Shown here: positions 10,199-25,200 of the stretch, one piece after another
Position numbering within the stretch: position 1 is the stretch's first letter
Layout of the letters: every line of letters begins with the position of its first letter
Assembly (NCBI GenBank): GCA_025459145.1
Contig: JALORD010000001.1
Coordinates: 1 to 50,574, forward strand
From: Pirellulaceae bacterium
GTDB lineage: Bacteria > Planctomycetota > Planctomycetia > Pirellulales > Pirellulaceae
Length of the DNA stretch: 50,574 nucleotides
Direction: 5' to 3'
Made by a program: the position numbers and the translations under genes
The notes under the pieces: generated by a model
Database searches by the model: none
The model's input: the letters and a program-made list of their open reading frames with translations, nothing else
What the model was told of the DNA's origin: nothing

Positions 10199-10234
10199 GG
10201 GCGGGCGGAGTATTCGGAATACTCCCTCCCGCCC
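10199..10234 (-). terminator. Strong hairpin 19 nt downstream of the giant gene B stop (putative terminator)
   Basis: GGGCGGGCGGAGTATTC-g-GAATACTCCCTCCCGCCC gives 7 + 8 bp arms with a small internal bulge. A T5 run on the minus strand lies about 45 nt further downstream (10150-10154), so there is no adjacent U-tract. Confidence 0.5.
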
Positions 10235-10252
10235 GTCGACTGCTGTTGACCC

Positions 10253-13200
10253 TTAGGAAAGGAAGTCGTCGTCAGGCAATCCGCCCACGTCTTGAGCGAG
10301 CTCCGACAGGAGGCTTTCCCAGCTGTCCGCATCGAGCGGACCCATCGGCGATTGCCGATGCAGGTGCCGATCGAAGGCCAGTGAATCATCGTCGGTGGCC
10401 ACGCCGGCGGCCTGTCCTGCCGCCATCAAGGCGAGCAGGTCGTCCTCGTCGCTCTCGTCCTCCCACTCCGTTTCGACCAGCGGACTGGCCGACCGCTCGC
10501 GAACTTCGAGCGTGATGTTCCCGGCCGCGTACAGCGTGGCGGAGTCAACGAGCGAAGCCCGATGCGAACTCGAGCGGCTGGACGTGCTGCTCGAGGTGGT
10601 CGCTGCGGCTGCATAAGTGGTGGGAGCGATGGTGGGCGAGGCTTCTCCTTCGCCGCCGTCGGCCGGAGCTGCCTCCCCTTCGCCGTCGCCTGGATCGAAG
10701 TTGGCGACGATGTAGTTCACCACCGCCAAGAGGTCGAACAGATTGATCTGGCCGTAGCCGGTCCCCGAGGGATTCTGATCGCTGACGTCGATGTACCGAG
10801 CCGCTCCTGGGACACCGCCCCCCGATGGGTCGAATTCCGGCAGGTCGTCGGCCCGGTAGGGCGGGCTCGTCGGCGGCACCGTGAGCGGGCTCCCGGGCGT
10901 GATTAACTTGCTTTCCAGGTAGGTAAGGAAGTTCACGACATGCAGCAGATCCAGGATGTTGACCACGCCGTTGTTGTCCACATCGGCCGGCACCGTGTTC
11001 GGATTGCCGTTGTGGTAGGCCGGGCCGGTGATCTGGATCAGGTAGTCTTCGACTTCGCCGTCCGGGGCAGGGCCCACGGGGGAATTGATCGATCCAGTCG
11101 TAAACCGGATCCGCATGAACGAGTCACCCTGCCCGCCATCGGGGAGGATTCCCAGATCGAAGATCGCGGCCGCGCCGGGAGTGTCAAACGTGGCCCCTTG
11201 GACCAGGTATTCGTCGGTATCGAACGTCCCGTCCTGATCGAGGTCGACCCAGACGTGTACAAATCCGACTGCCGAGGCTTCGATCGTGACCGAGGAGAGC
11301 GCGCCGCGCGACAGAACGTACGCCAGAAGCCCGTCATCGCCCGAGTCGGCATTGGCGCTGGCCGATGGCTGTCCGTCCGCCTCCGCCCCGGCGGTCGCGC
11401 CCAGGCGGATGTTGGGATTGAGCGTGTGGCTCGGACCGTTGTTCGCCGCCAGCACGCCGTAGGATGCCGGTGCATCGCCCCAATCGACGGCCGATCCGAG
11501 GAAGATCGTGTAGTAATGGCTGATGCCGTCGGCCTGGTTCGGGAGCAGCGGATTGCCCGCCTGGTCGCGAATGCCGGTGAGGCTGTTGTTGAGGTAGATC
11601 CGGTACGTCCGTCCGAGCGGCCAAATACCGCCGAGAGGATTCAGGATGATCGTATTGTTCGTCGCGTCGTAGCTGAACGAATAGTCGATTCCCTGGTCTA
11701 GAATTCCGGCATTCGGACCGTCGAGCACTTCGACGACCACGGTGGCTGCCGTGACCGTGAAGTCATCGACATCCGATCCTTCCGGCGGGGCGTTCACATC
11801 GAACCGATCGATGAGCTGAATCCGGAACTCGCGGATGATGTCGTTGGCCCGCACGACCGTGGTCGGGGCCGGATCGAGATCGGTCCCCTCGGCGTCGTTG
11901 TCCGGCGGGCTGATCAGGAGCGACGTCGGTCCGACGAAGTCCACGCGGTCGATCGCCCCGCGATCCTTGAACGGATTGAGGCCGAAGCCCTGCGGCGTGT
12001 TGACGTTCGGATCGTCCACCCGCAACTGGCCGACACCGTCGCGGTCGGGCGAGAGGATCGGCGACTGCAGGATCCCCAGCGGATTGCGCACCGTGACCAG
12101 GGCTGGCCGGTCGAGCAGCGAATCGACCGAGCTGTCGATCGCCGGTGAACCGAAGGCCGGGTAGAAGTTGCCGACGTCCGGATTCACGAACAGCGGCTGC
12201 GAATTGGGTACCACGATCGGGAACGAACCGCCCAAACCGATGTTCGAGTTGTTGATGTTCCCCTGGTACACTGTGCCGCCGAGCACCGTGCGGGTCGGTC
12301 CTTGCGACGAGGCATCGACATTGATGCCCGTCGTGAAGTTGGCCACGATGTTGTTGAGGATGGTCGGCGCGGCGTTCTGGTCGACTTGGATACCCGTGTC
12401 GACGACTGCCGTGCTGGTCAGCGACCCACCCTGGCCGTAGAGCGTATTGTTCACGATCCGTCCGAACGGCACCGCGGCGTCGGCGGCTGGGTCGCCGCTG
12501 AAGCGGATGCCGCCGGTGCCGCTGTTGTAGATCGTGTTGTTCATCACGACCACGCCCGGCACCAGCCGCTGAGTGTTGAGCTCCTGCAGGTTGCGAACCG
12601 ATCCGGGATGCGGCAGATTGCCGTCCGCGGCATTCCGCGGAGCGGCATCGATCAGGATGCCCCACTCCGACGAATTGACGATCTCGTTGCCGTACAGAAT
12701 GATCTGACCTTGATCACGGAAGTGATTTCGGTCGCCGTACTGTTCGTTGTAGGCGACGAAGTTCAAGCCGCCAGGATTGGGAATGCTGATCGATCCCAGG
12801 AGGTTCAACCAGTTTGTGGTGCTGTTGTTACCCAGAACGCCGTCGCTAAGCTGAGCGGCGATTCGCAGGACCGACTGTACAGGAGCGCTGTGGATCGCCG
12901 CGCGAATGCGGCGGGCGATGATCTCGGCGGAGTCGCTCGGGAAGTAGTCGATACGAATGCGTCCCTGCGTGACGCCCGACCCGCCAGGGGTCGACGCATC
13001 GTTAAACTCGAACGTGACGTTGTTGACGCCGTCGCTCAGCGTAAAGATCTGGGTGTCGAAAATCTCCGCTCCCGTCGGAGCGATCAGCATCCGAGTGCGA
13101 GCCAGCCGTTCGTTGGTATCGAATGAAGGGAGCAGAGCCAGGGAATCCGGTGAACCTGCCGGAATACCTGCTTCGGCACCGCGGCGAATCTCCAGTTGGT

Positions 13201-16200
13201 ACTCGCCCGTCTCGATGTTATTGCCGACATTCAGCGGGTTGGCCGCGAAGCCAGTGTTAGCGCCGGCGTTTACCGCCATTTCACCCCGCTCGGCAAAACC
13301 GATGATGATGTCGTCGAAGTAGACGCCTTCAAACGTATTCGCCGCCATCCGCTGCGTGCTGTTGAAGTTGCCGAATTCGTCGGCTTCGAGCGCGTCGTCG
13401 AATCCGAGCGGGCCCGGGTCATCGACCGAGTAACCGATGATGCGGATCAGATCTCGATGTTGTTTGACGACGTCATTCGCCACAACGTTGTTCAATTCCA
13501 GGCCAATGCCTGGAACCGTTGACGTGACCGTCACGTCGGGACCGACGAGTTCCACGCGGCGCTGATCGGCGCCTCCCGCGGCGCCGCTGCTGGCGGTGAT
13601 CACCGAGCCAAGGGCAGAAGCATTGATGGACGTAACCATCGTCGCGGCAATCTGGCTGGCGCGGAACGTCGAACTGGGCTGGAACAGCACCGGCTCGGCC
13701 AACGGATTGGCCACGCCCGGCGTGCCCGCCGTGGTGTACTTGCCCGGCGTGGCGACGAGGACATTGCCTCCTCCCACGGCAGCGTTCCAGGTCCCGGCCG
13801 CAAAGACGACGGTGTCATTTCCTGTGGTGTCGATCTGCACTCGCGAGCCGCTAAGGACTGTGGCCGTGATGCCGAGGCCCGAGGCATTGATTGCGTTGGC
13901 AACTGCCCGGGCCACGCCCAGCTGCGTAAAGCTCGAATTAACCGGAATCGCGACGTGACTCGGATTCACCAGATGCGTGACCGCATCGCCATCGAATTCG
14001 AAGCGAACGGTGTTGCCGTTGGCGGTAATCTGGAAGCCTTCGGCAGTTCCCGAGCCAACCGAGTTATCGAGCACGCGATTGGCGGCCGGACCGGTCAAGG
14101 CCGCCCCGAGCGACGGGACATTGAGGACATAGCCGCTTTCGAATTCGAAAACCGTATCGACGCCGTCCAGCGTGAGCGTGAAAGTGTCGCCATCCACAAT
14201 GGCAGGATTGCCGGCGGTGTTGAACGGCGAAACCGCTAAGATCTGTTGATCGTAGAGGGCAATTTCGATTTCGTCGTTGAGGGCGTCGGCGACCTGGACA
14301 CGGTCCCAGCTTCGCAGAATCGGCACCAGCACCGTATTGGCCGGCGAACCCGGCGAAGGTCCAAATTCGCCCGTGACGAACCCGGAAAGGAGAACCGTCG
14401 TCGTGAACGACTGGGCCTCGGGGAGCTGAATAACGTCGTCACCCAGGTAGACCGGATTAATGACCAGTGCCGAGGCATTGATCGCATTAATGATCGCCGC
14501 GGCCACCTGCTGCGGCGTCGACGAATTGGAAATCGGAACCGCAATTCTGCCGGACGCGACCCCCCCAGCCTTCTCAAACTCGAAGACCACCGGAGCAACG
14601 CCGTCCGTCAGATCGTCGTCGATCGTGAACGTTTGACCGTCCGTGAACGCAGCCCCCGAGCCGACGTGCAGCGTGTATCCCAGTTCGAACTGGAAGGGCG
14701 TGCCGTCGATTGTCGTGGTGTCGCCGTCGTTGATAAAGCGTGCCTCAACGGCCCGCAGCTCGTCGCCCGTGAAGCGGAAGTCACCCACCTGCATGTCGCC
14801 GGCCGAGGAGTAGTCGAACCTCAGCCGGAGGTTCTCGCGGCCGGCATAGGCCGCCAGGTCGACCCGCGCTTGACGCCAGCCGCCGGGGCTGCCCGCCGTG
14901 CCGTCGAAGAGTTCTTGGACAAGCGGCAGCCCTAGGGTTGTTCCGTAATCATACTCGTCGTCGAGCAGTTCCGGCCCGCGACCCGAATTGTTCGTCGCGA
15001 CGAGCTCCCAATCGCCCGAATCGTCCGCGACGAAGACGCGGAACGAGTCGGCCATCTGCACCGAGTCGGTCAAGATATCGGTCCGATTCTCGGTTTCGGC
15101 AAAGTAATTGAAATACAGCACCGGCTGATCAGCGGCCGAGTAGCCTTGCAGGCTGAACTCGTTCGAAATGACCGTGCCGTACGAGCCGCCATTGAAGTTG
15201 AGGTCGCTGTTCTGACCGCGGCCGAAGTGGATGCTGCTGCCGCCGTTCGAGCGCGAATTGCGGCTCTCGTCGAAAATTGGCTCCAGGCCGTGTCCCGGAT
15301 CGTTTTGCCGGTGGTTGTTGTTGGGATCGGAGTTCGGCGTGGTCGTCCACGGATTGGCTTCGAGCTGACCGAAGGCAATCCCGCGGACGTTGTTGAGCCC
15401 GGTGTCGATGCTGGTGGCACCGTTCGTGAAGATCGGCTGCAGGATGCCCTGCGAGTTGAAGGCATACATCTCGCCGTCGTCGGTCATCCCGAACAGGAGA
15501 TTCTGATATCGCGTTCCTTCCACCGAATTTGGACCACGCGTCAGCGACTGGAAGTTGATGCCGCGGAGATCCGCTTCAGACGTCCGAATGTACTGCGTGA
15601 AAACCTGATTGATGTTTCCAAAATCGGGCAGGTTCGAGTTGTCGACCAGGTCTAACTCGACTTTGTACAATCCGCCGCGATCGCTGATCGCATACATGTC
15701 ATCCTGCGTGGTCTCCAGCGGATTGGGATCGCTATCGTCATCGATGAGGGCGATGCCAATGATGTTTCCGCCGGGTCCCTCGCCGGCCGTCGTCAGGGGG
15801 CCAGCGGGATCGACGATCACCAGACCTGACGAGAGATCGACGTTCGACCCCACGGCTTGCGCGGTAACCGCGGGAGAAAGGGCATTGTTGATCGCCGTGG
15901 CGATTCGAGTGGCAATGCTGGGACCACCCAGCAGCGCTAACGCCGTATCGTTCGCCAGGAACGGAATCGAGACATTACCCGCCGCAACGCCGAACGCACT
16001 CGTTGTGACAACCTGCCACGCCGTGACACCGCTGAAGTCGGCTTCCACGGTCGGGAATTTACCGCCGCCCTGCGGGAACGCGGCGAAATTAATGCGGTGG
16101 TCATCAAATGCCGCCGTGAAGGGACTGGCTACATTGTTCACCACAGTCTGGACGGCCTGTCCGACGATTCTCGCCGGCGAGGTTTCTTCGACGGTTACGC

Positions 16201-19200
16201 CGGCGCTCGACGTATCGACGTTGAAAAATTGTGCTTGGCCCGTATAGAAGGCGGTCAGATTGACGATCGGGGAAGTTCCCTGCCCATAGCTGATACCGGG
16301 GGCATTCAACACAACACGCGAGCCCAACACGCGGGCGGGAGTCGACGCGAACAAACTGATGCTCGACGCGTCGACGGCGGCTTCGATGGCGTTGGCCACT
16401 TGCACCGCGGTCATCGCGTTATTGATGTTGACCGCGATGTTGGTGCCGGTGACACCGCCGCCCTTCTCGAACTCGAATGTGAGCGTGCCCGTGTTCGACG
16501 AGGAAACCGTGAAGATCGTTCCGTCGGCAATTTGATCGCCTGGCAGGGCGTCCAGCACGGGAGCCGGGTTGATGTCGCCATCGACGCGCAAACCGGCGGC
16601 CGAGGCGACTGCGACGGCACCGTCATTTTCCAGGGATATCCGGTTGCCGAAGACGCGGGTGGTGACGCTGTACCCTCCGCCCGTTTGGCCATTGATCGCG
16701 CCTGACAGGATCGTGGCGATGGCCGCAGGATCCGTGTTCGTCCCGATGTTGACCGCGATGTTTCCGGCCGCAATGCCGCCGGCCCGTTCGAATTCGAAGT
16801 TTCGCTGGCGTCCCAGGTTGTCGGAAATCACAACGACGTTCCCGTCGTTGATGCCGCCTGGAATCGGATTCCCCTGCTCGACGACGATGACCGGTCCCGT
16901 ATTGAACTGGTACATCGTCTCGTTGCCATTCGTCAGGTCCGCATCCCGATCGAGAATGAAGAAGTCGCCGTCGAAGATATGCTGCTGTGAATTGACATTC
17001 GACAGCGGCTGATCGTTGTTGATATCGATAAGCTGACGCACTTCCGGCCCGGAATCGAACTCGAACGTCGTGATTCCCGTGCCGTCGTCAACGCTGAATG
17101 TCAGGCCGTCCTGGATAACGAAGTTGGTTGTATTGGGAGCGACAAACGACGTAGCGTCGACCGTAAAGATGCGAGGCGAGGTCAGGATCTCACCCACTTC
17201 GCGGGCGTTGGTGGCGGCGCCATTGAGACGGGCACCGCCTGTGACCAGGTGAGCACCAGTATCGGTATTCATCTGATAGACGATGTTCCGCCGCCGCTGC
17301 AGGAAGCCGTTAAGGTTGAAATCGGCTTCACCCCGGTTGCCGACGGCAATCAACCGCTGCGAGGCAGGATTGTCGTCGACGAGGCCGAATACCATCGCGT
17401 TGAGCTGAATGCCCCAGCCGACTCGCGCGTTGTTGAAGAGATGCGCGACCACCGGGTTGGCCGGATTACCCGGATCGGGCTCGTAGGTGACGATCCCCGA
17501 CTGGCCGACCTGAGTGGCCGCGGCATTCTGCGTGCTGATTTGCAGGAATCGCCCCGAATCGGCGTCATCAATGACGAGCGTGTCGTTCAGGTCCGTCTGG
17601 TAGGCGAACAGGTTTGTGCCGTTGAACGCAATATCCCCCACGTCGAACGTGAAGGCGCCCACGCTCATTTCTTCAAACCCCGTGAACGGATCGACCATGT
17701 GAAGTTCGGTCCGCTCGGGCACACCCGGCACCGGAGCTTCCCGCGCCACGTAGAGCGTGACGTCGCCCAGATGGAACGGCACGAAGCTCTCGCCGTCGAT
17801 GAATTCGGGGACGATCGGATCGGAACCGGTCGAGCCGCCCGAGAACTGGATGTGGTCTTCGACGATCCGCTGGATCGAGTTCATTGGTTCCAAGCGCACC
17901 AGCGGATTGGTGGCGTTCGCCTGGAAGAACTGATCCAGAACGGCCGGCAACTGCGCGTCGTTCGAAATCGCGACGAAGTACTGTCCTTGCGGCAGTTCCA
18001 CCGGGCCGATCCACGGATCGGCGGCTCCCGACGAACCGCGCGACAGATCGCTGCTGTCGGCCGCATTCAGCGGATTCGGACGATCGTCGGCCACGTTCGA
18101 ATCGCGGCTGCTGAGGACCAGGTTGCCGTTGGCGTCGAACACGTTGATGATCAGGTTCGGCCGGGCATACCCGTCGGCGTAGTCGATATCAAAGATCGTC
18201 GACCACCAGTCTTCGAGCGTGCTGACGCCGGGAATTCCCTGGGTCGCATCGTAGTTGATGTTGAGGCTGTACCAGTCGACATCTCCCAGACCGGACATGC
18301 TGCCGCCGACCGAGAGAACGCCGCGGTCGGTGTTGAGCAGGTTGCCGATAAACTGCGAACCGCCAAACGTGTTGTTCGTCGCGTTGTTGGTTTCCGCCGC
18401 CTCACCCGACAGAGGCGAATGGGTCGGCTGGCCAATGACGTGAATGCCATTCACCGCATTGGCGATCTTGGCGAACCGCACCGTGGTGCCGCCGAATTCG
18501 TCCACCTCGCGAAGGCGGAGCTGCAACTGGTACGAACCGCTGGTCTGCCCGCCGGTGAGCCCCTCGGAATTGGCGGTAATGAGCGGGAGATTGACTCCCG
18601 AGTAGGCGCCGCGGTACTCGACCGTCCATGGACCTCCGACGCCCCCCGTCACCAGGACGTCGCCCGGTTCGATGTTCGAAAGCGCTTCGAGGGCGGCCTG
18701 CACCTGAGCGGCGGTTGCGGTATGCGGGATGGATGCCGTTGTCTGATTGCCGAAAGTCAGCGTAAAGCCGCCGCCGGCGGGATTGCCGACGACCGCCAGT
18801 TGCTGCGCCTCGTTGAACCGGCCAACGAGCGCCGGCACGTCCTGGCCGGCATATTGTCCACCAAAGAAGACATCCCACGGACCTCCACCACCGCCGGTAA
18901 CGGTGACATCACCCGGATTGATATTGGACAGGTTGACGAGAGCAGTCTGCACCGCAGCCGCACCCGCGAACATCGAGATCGGCGCCGTCGTCTGACCGTT
19001 GAACGTCAGCGTGAACGTGCTGCCTGAGATGCCCGCCGGGAGCGAGATCTGCTGGATCTCGTTGACCTGAGCTCCTGACGTCATAAGGGGCAGGTTCTGG
19101 TTGGCGTAGTTGCCGGTGAACTCAACCAACCAGATGCTCGGGGCAAATTCTGTCACAATCACATCGCCCACCGCGATATTTGGCAGCGCGACGAGTGCGT

Positions 19201-22200
19201 TTTGGACGGCGATGCCACTGGCCGTGGGAGAAATCGGCGCGGTCGTTTGCCCCTGGAATGTGAGCGTGAACGGATTGCCCGTGCTCGCGAAGACCAATTG
19301 AACTTCGTTCAGGCCGCCACCACCGGGGGTTTGTTCGGCGATATCGGCATTGCTGGGGGTAGTGAAACCCTTGACATGCTCGGTGACCAGCAATTGGCCT
19401 CCATTGCGCACGTCCAGAACGCTGATCGTTCCCGTGTTGCTGCGGACCCGGACGAAGTACGTGTTCGTCGTATTGGTCGGGCCGGGGAGCAACAGCCGCA
19501 TGCCGCCGTCGCGGGGATTGGTGGTATAGAAGTCGTCGCCTTCGTAGGGAGGCGTCTTCTGCATCGCGCGGGCCAGCCCCGTGCGGCTCTCCTGGCCCGC
19601 GGACTCGGCAACGGAGTTGTTCGAACGGGCGAGCACGTTGCCGTTGTTGTCGATCAGTTCGACCACGGCATCGAGCGCATGGGTCGTGCGGTCGAGATCG
19701 ATCCAGACTTCGGTACCGCTGCGCCCCTGGAAACTGTACACGTCGACATCGGCCGGATTCACGACCACACCATGCATGGTGTAGCCGAGACGGAGGTTTT
19801 CATCTCCACCTTTTTCGAACGGGCCCAGGCCGCCCAGGAATTGGGCTCGCGAGGGAGTCGAGTTGACAGAGCCATCGCCCGATTCGAGTTCCAGGACCGT
19901 CTCGACGTTGCGGTCGTGGGCCCACTGGTCGATCGTGATCCCCTGCCATTCGCCGGGATTGCCCGTATCGATGGGAGCCTGCGGAATCAGTTCCAGGAAG
20001 GTGGTGATCCGCGCGGTCGTGGCGGTTGGATCGACCGTCCAGGCCATCGCCGTGGTGACATCGGCCAGGCCGTGCACATTCCCCAGCGCCGGATCGATGA
20101 AGGGCGTGAGATCGGTGGTGTCGATATTGCCGGTCGGCGAGTACGTGGTCCCCGGACCTTCGATGGCGGTGACCAGATCGGAATACGCGTCGGCTGCCCA
20201 GCCATCGTAAGTGGCGTTCACGAGATCCGGACCGCCGGCGTATACGCCCCCCTGGGAGAAGCCGATTCGTTCGCCGTTATCGAGCGTGTACAGGCGGAAA
20301 TCGGCCTGCCCCGGCGAGCCGACCTGATACAGCAGGTTCTGGGTCAGGTTGATGACGTCTTCATCGAGGTAATTGACGAAGCGCAGCGAGCCGAACGGGC
20401 TGGCGCTATTGAGGATGAGCGTGTTGTAAACGATCGAAATGCCATCATCGATGCGCGTCTCCACGCGCCAGTTCACCGGACCGTTCGCACCGGCAAACGT
20501 CCCCTGGCTGACCACCAGGTCATCGCTCACCAAGGTAGGAGCCTGTGTGATCGTGGTGGTGCTCAAGTCGATCGCCCCGCCATTGGCACCGACATCGACG
20601 TAGTTCAGGAAGTCGAAGATGAAATCCTGATCGATCAGCAACTGAGTCTGCCCCTGGGCTGTCACGCCGCTGAGGCTGTTGGGAATCGAGAACGAGACCG
20701 AACCTCCCGGCCCCGGCTGGAACCGGAAGAACCCGACGGTATTCGGATCGACGTCGTTGTCGATGATCGTGCCGTTATTGACTTCCGGGCCCGTGGGCAA
20801 TCCGCCGCCACCACCACCGCCGCCAGTGCCATCGCCATTGCCGTCGGTGTCATACTGCGGCAAACCTTCGGGAGTGACGCCAGCTCCTTCCGTGTCGTCC
20901 GAAAGACCCGTGAGCACCACCGGAACGCCCGGCTGCCCCAGGATGTGCAACATGCCGCCGATGCGATCGTCGATTTCCAGCGGACGTCCCGTTGCGGTAA
21001 TGCCCGCGGTCGCTCCGGACGATTTGACGACGAGGCTTTGGGTCGGCGAGCTTTCCAGCCGCAGGCCGCCAAACGTGTGGAAGTCGGGGATCGTGATCTG
21101 ATCGAACAGGATGTGCACAATGTCGGTGTCATCCCAGACCGATTCGGTGGTGAGCGTGCCGCCGCGGACGACCATGCCGTGCAAGTCGTTGTCGCGCAGC
21201 CGGTTGCGCAGGATCAGCGGTCCGTTATTGTCGAGATGCCCGGGCTCGCGCTCGATCATTCCCGATTGGCGGCCCCAGTCGACCACCTTCTCGTGGTTGA
21301 GGGCATTGACGTTGATATTGATAAACGCCCCGGCATTGAAGATGCCGATGTTGTCCATGATCACCGGCTGGGCGCCGCGGACAAAGATTGTGCCGGGAGC
21401 GTTGAAGCCACGGCCGAAGCGATCGGCCGGGGCCTGGCCTCCTTCGCCATCTTCGTTGAACTCAAACTTCGACTGCGTGATGCGAACATCCGCCTGGTGG
21501 ATTTCGAGCGTGTTGAAACCCGCAAACGTTCCTTCGATTCGGTTGAGACCGCCGGCGTAGGCGAACACGGCGTTATCGATGCTGCCCTGCGAATCGGGCG
21601 AGAAGAAAATGCCACCCCAGTCCCCCGGCAAGGCCGGGCTGCCGATGGCGGCGATGTTCGCCGTCATCTGGGCAACATTTTGGTTCGCGTATGTCCCGCG
21701 GAATTCGATCGTCCAAACGTTGCCCGCTTTGCTCACGAGCACGTCGCCCGGCGCGATATTTCCTAAGCCTTCGAGAGCGGTTTGCAGGGCGGCAGCCGTG
21801 GCGCTGTAGGCGATCGGTCCGCTGGTTTGGCCATTGAATGTGAGCGTAAATGCCCCGGCGGTGGGCGTGCCGACGAGGGTCACCGTCTGCTGTTCGTTCT
21901 GCGACGCCGATCCTTGCCGCAGCGTGGCCACGGTGGGAGCGGCCGGCAACCGCGGGCTGTCGTTGTTGGTGTCAAACGTCGAGCCGGCACCGTAACGGTC
22001 GTCGGCCAGCGAGGTAAAGACGATTTCCTGACCGGCAAAACCCTCAGCGATGAAATTCGTGCCGATCCCCACATCGATCCGGGCACCGTCCGACTTGATG
22101 ATGATCGACGGATCGATCACGAGGCCCGCATCGAGTCGCGGGCGCGTGATGCTGCCGGGGGTGCTAAGCACGCGGAGTTGCTGCAGGTTGCCGCTGGTCG

Positions 22201-25200
22201 GCAGATTGCGATCGAGATACTGAGTGACCGACGCGGGTATCTGGTCGACGAGCGTAAACGGCTGCGACGGCGAAGTGCGGCGGTACAGTTTGCGAGCGAC
22301 GTACTGCGGGCTAGGAACCTCCTGCAGTTGCTCCATCAGGATGGCCGCATTGGGAACGGTCGTGCTCGTGAAGAACGACTCGGAGGCGAGCGACTCATTT
22401 CCAAGCGCGTCGACGAACGTCAACTTGTATTCGAGCGACACGCCGGCGCTATAGTTCCCCTGTCCGAAAAGCTCTGAGATGAAGACCAGTTCGACCGGCG
22501 GAGGCGTCTCTTCGAGGGTTGGACCGCTGGGCGTGCCCTTGATCGACAGATTCTCTTCGAGAACATGCACGATGTCGGTATCGTCGAAGCGGCCGGCAAC
22601 CGTCAGCTCTTCGAGCACGTTGCCGGCGGGCGTACGAGTGCGTACGAACAGGGCGTTCGTCGAGTTGTTGACGAGCCGGTTGCCGTGAATATCCGGCCCG
22701 ACCCGATCGTAATCGAGCGTGAAGCTGCGCGAAGCCGACGCCGCGCCGATGCCGGAGGGGTTGTAACCCACCACATTCGAGAACGTGGGCCAGAACCGGG
22801 GGGCCTGGAAATTGGTCTCTTCGAAGCTGTCGGGGTTGGCCGACATCGCCGCATTGGCGCTATTGCTGATCGTGTTGAAGGTGACGGCCGGCCGCCGATC
22901 GAGAATGTTGATCGGGGTGACCACCTGCGACAGCGAATCGACGTTCACCTGGCCGCCGCCGAAGCGGATATCGGCATGGTTGACGTAGTTGAGAAAGACA
23001 CCGACCGCCTCGTGATCGAAGCGCCCGTCGGCAGTGTCCAGATCGTTCTTGAAGTACAGACCGCCCCAATCTCCCGCTGCCGGCGGGACGTTGAACGGAT
23101 TCTGATCCAGGCCAATGCTGTTGGGGCCCAGTTCGTTAAACGACGTGAAGTAAACGCTGTTCGTTGGCGTCCCGAGAACTTGCAGCGCGCCGCCGCTGCG
23201 ATCGGAAAAGATCGAAGGTGCGGTGCTGCCGACGACGATGTGCGACCGGCGCATCTGGAAGATCGCCCCGGCATCGATCATGACCGTTACGTTCTTCTTG
23301 ACCGACAAATCGGTGCCGTCGACAAGCGGCGTCGAACCGCTCGCACCGCCAAAGCCGATCTGGTAGGCCAGGTTGTCGCTGAGTGTCGCCAGATTGCCGT
23401 CGGCGCCGCCGTTGCCCACGATGCGGACAATGTCGAACTCGGTGGCGGCGTTCATCGCCGTCTGGATGTTGTTGTACGGCGACGAAATCAGCCCGTTCCC
23501 GCCGTTGGGAGCCGCCTTGTCGACGAAGATCGTCCGCGCGCGGCCCGTCTGAATCGAAAGCGGTGCAGCGCGGAACCAGAAGTTGTAAACGCCCCCAGGC
23601 ACGCCGTCGGCATCGCCGTCGAAGGCGACGTTTAGCGTGTCGGGAATCAAACCCGTCGGCAACGTACGGTCGACGATGCTTTGCGTCGCGCTCTTGCGGA
23701 AGTCGAGCTTTAGCTCGTAGGCGCCTTGAGTTGTGCCGCCCATACCCGAATCAACGATCGTCGGATCGTACTGGTCGTTCCCCGACGCCGTCACGCCGAC
23801 GAAATAGGTGCCTGGACCCAGCGTCAACTCGATCTTCGAGTCCTTGCTGAAGTAGTCATCATTGCGGGCGATCTCTTCGAGCGCTCCGCCGGCGCCAACC
23901 CGATACAGGCGCAGCGTCGTATCAAGCGAGCTCGAATTGGGCAGCCGCTCGGCGAACGCTTCGAGCCGCAAGACGCCCGTCCCATCGAGCGTGAAGCGGT
24001 ACATGTCGATGTCCTTGCTGTCAGGACGGTACATGTGCCGCATGTGGACGATGTCATGATCGCCCGGGAAGACCGGTTCGGGGCCCACACCGAAACTCAG
24101 TCCGCCGTCGTCCCCCTGGATCGTGAGCGGCGGGAGGTCGTAGGTGTGCCCCTGGCCGAGAACGTGGCCGATTTCGTGCATCGCCACCTGGAACCAGTTT
24201 GCTCCGTAGGAGTCGTTCCAGGTGTCGTTGCTGTCCATAATCGCCAGATTGCCTGACGCGATGCCCGCGATGGCGTTCACGTCGATATCGGGCGCGATTA
24301 CCCGCGGGTCGGCAGTGGCGACGATGATTCCTTGATCGTCCGATTCGATGAACTGGATTCCCGAATACCGCGAGTACAGGTCAAAGATTTCCCGCGCCCG
24401 CTCCTTCTGGTTCTCGGTAATCAGGTTGAAAGCCGGCTGTGAACCGCCGATACCATCGGGAATCGTGCCGATGATGGGCCGGAAATTGTAGAAACGGGTC
24501 GTGACCCCTGCCGCGGTGTCCGCGCCTCCGTTCAGATGGGTCTCGGCCGGGATATCGCGATGCCCAGGCTCGTGAATCGCTCCGGGCCAAACCAGGCTGT
24601 AGGCCTGCGCTTCGATGGCCTGAGCTAAAGAGACGGTCGCCCCTTGGGAACCGGTCGTGATCGAGTTGCCCAAGTCATAAGCCGTGGCAAAGCTCGAACC
24701 CGGGTCGGTCGCCCCCAGCCGCTGCGTCACCGTCGGCTGACCGCCGTTGCGAAGCGGTTCGTTCGTGCCAATGCGGAGGCGGAAAGAGCCGATCGGGTCT
24801 TTAATGCCCGTGCTGGGATTGAACGGCGCTAGCTGATCGAGCGAGGCGACCTGACCGAAAATCAGTCGGACCAGATTGTTCGCCTGATCGTACTCGACGC
24901 TGGTCGGCGTCACTTCCGTGTCGTCGCTCGGATCGAGCGTGTTCTTGGTGACGTAGAGCCGATAGAATTCGCGATTGGTGGCCGAAGCCGGGTCGAGCTT
25001 GTCGTCGTTGAAGTAGACGTAGACCATATTCTGGGTCGAACGGGTCACTGCCGGGTTCGCCGGGTTGACCTCATTCATCGCCAGGGTGCCATTGGCCAAT
25101 TTGCGGACGGGCTGCGGCACGACGGCAATTACTTGTGCGCCCAGATCGAGCCGGAAATTGAGCGACTGATTGGCGCCGCCATTAATCGGATTGCCGGCCG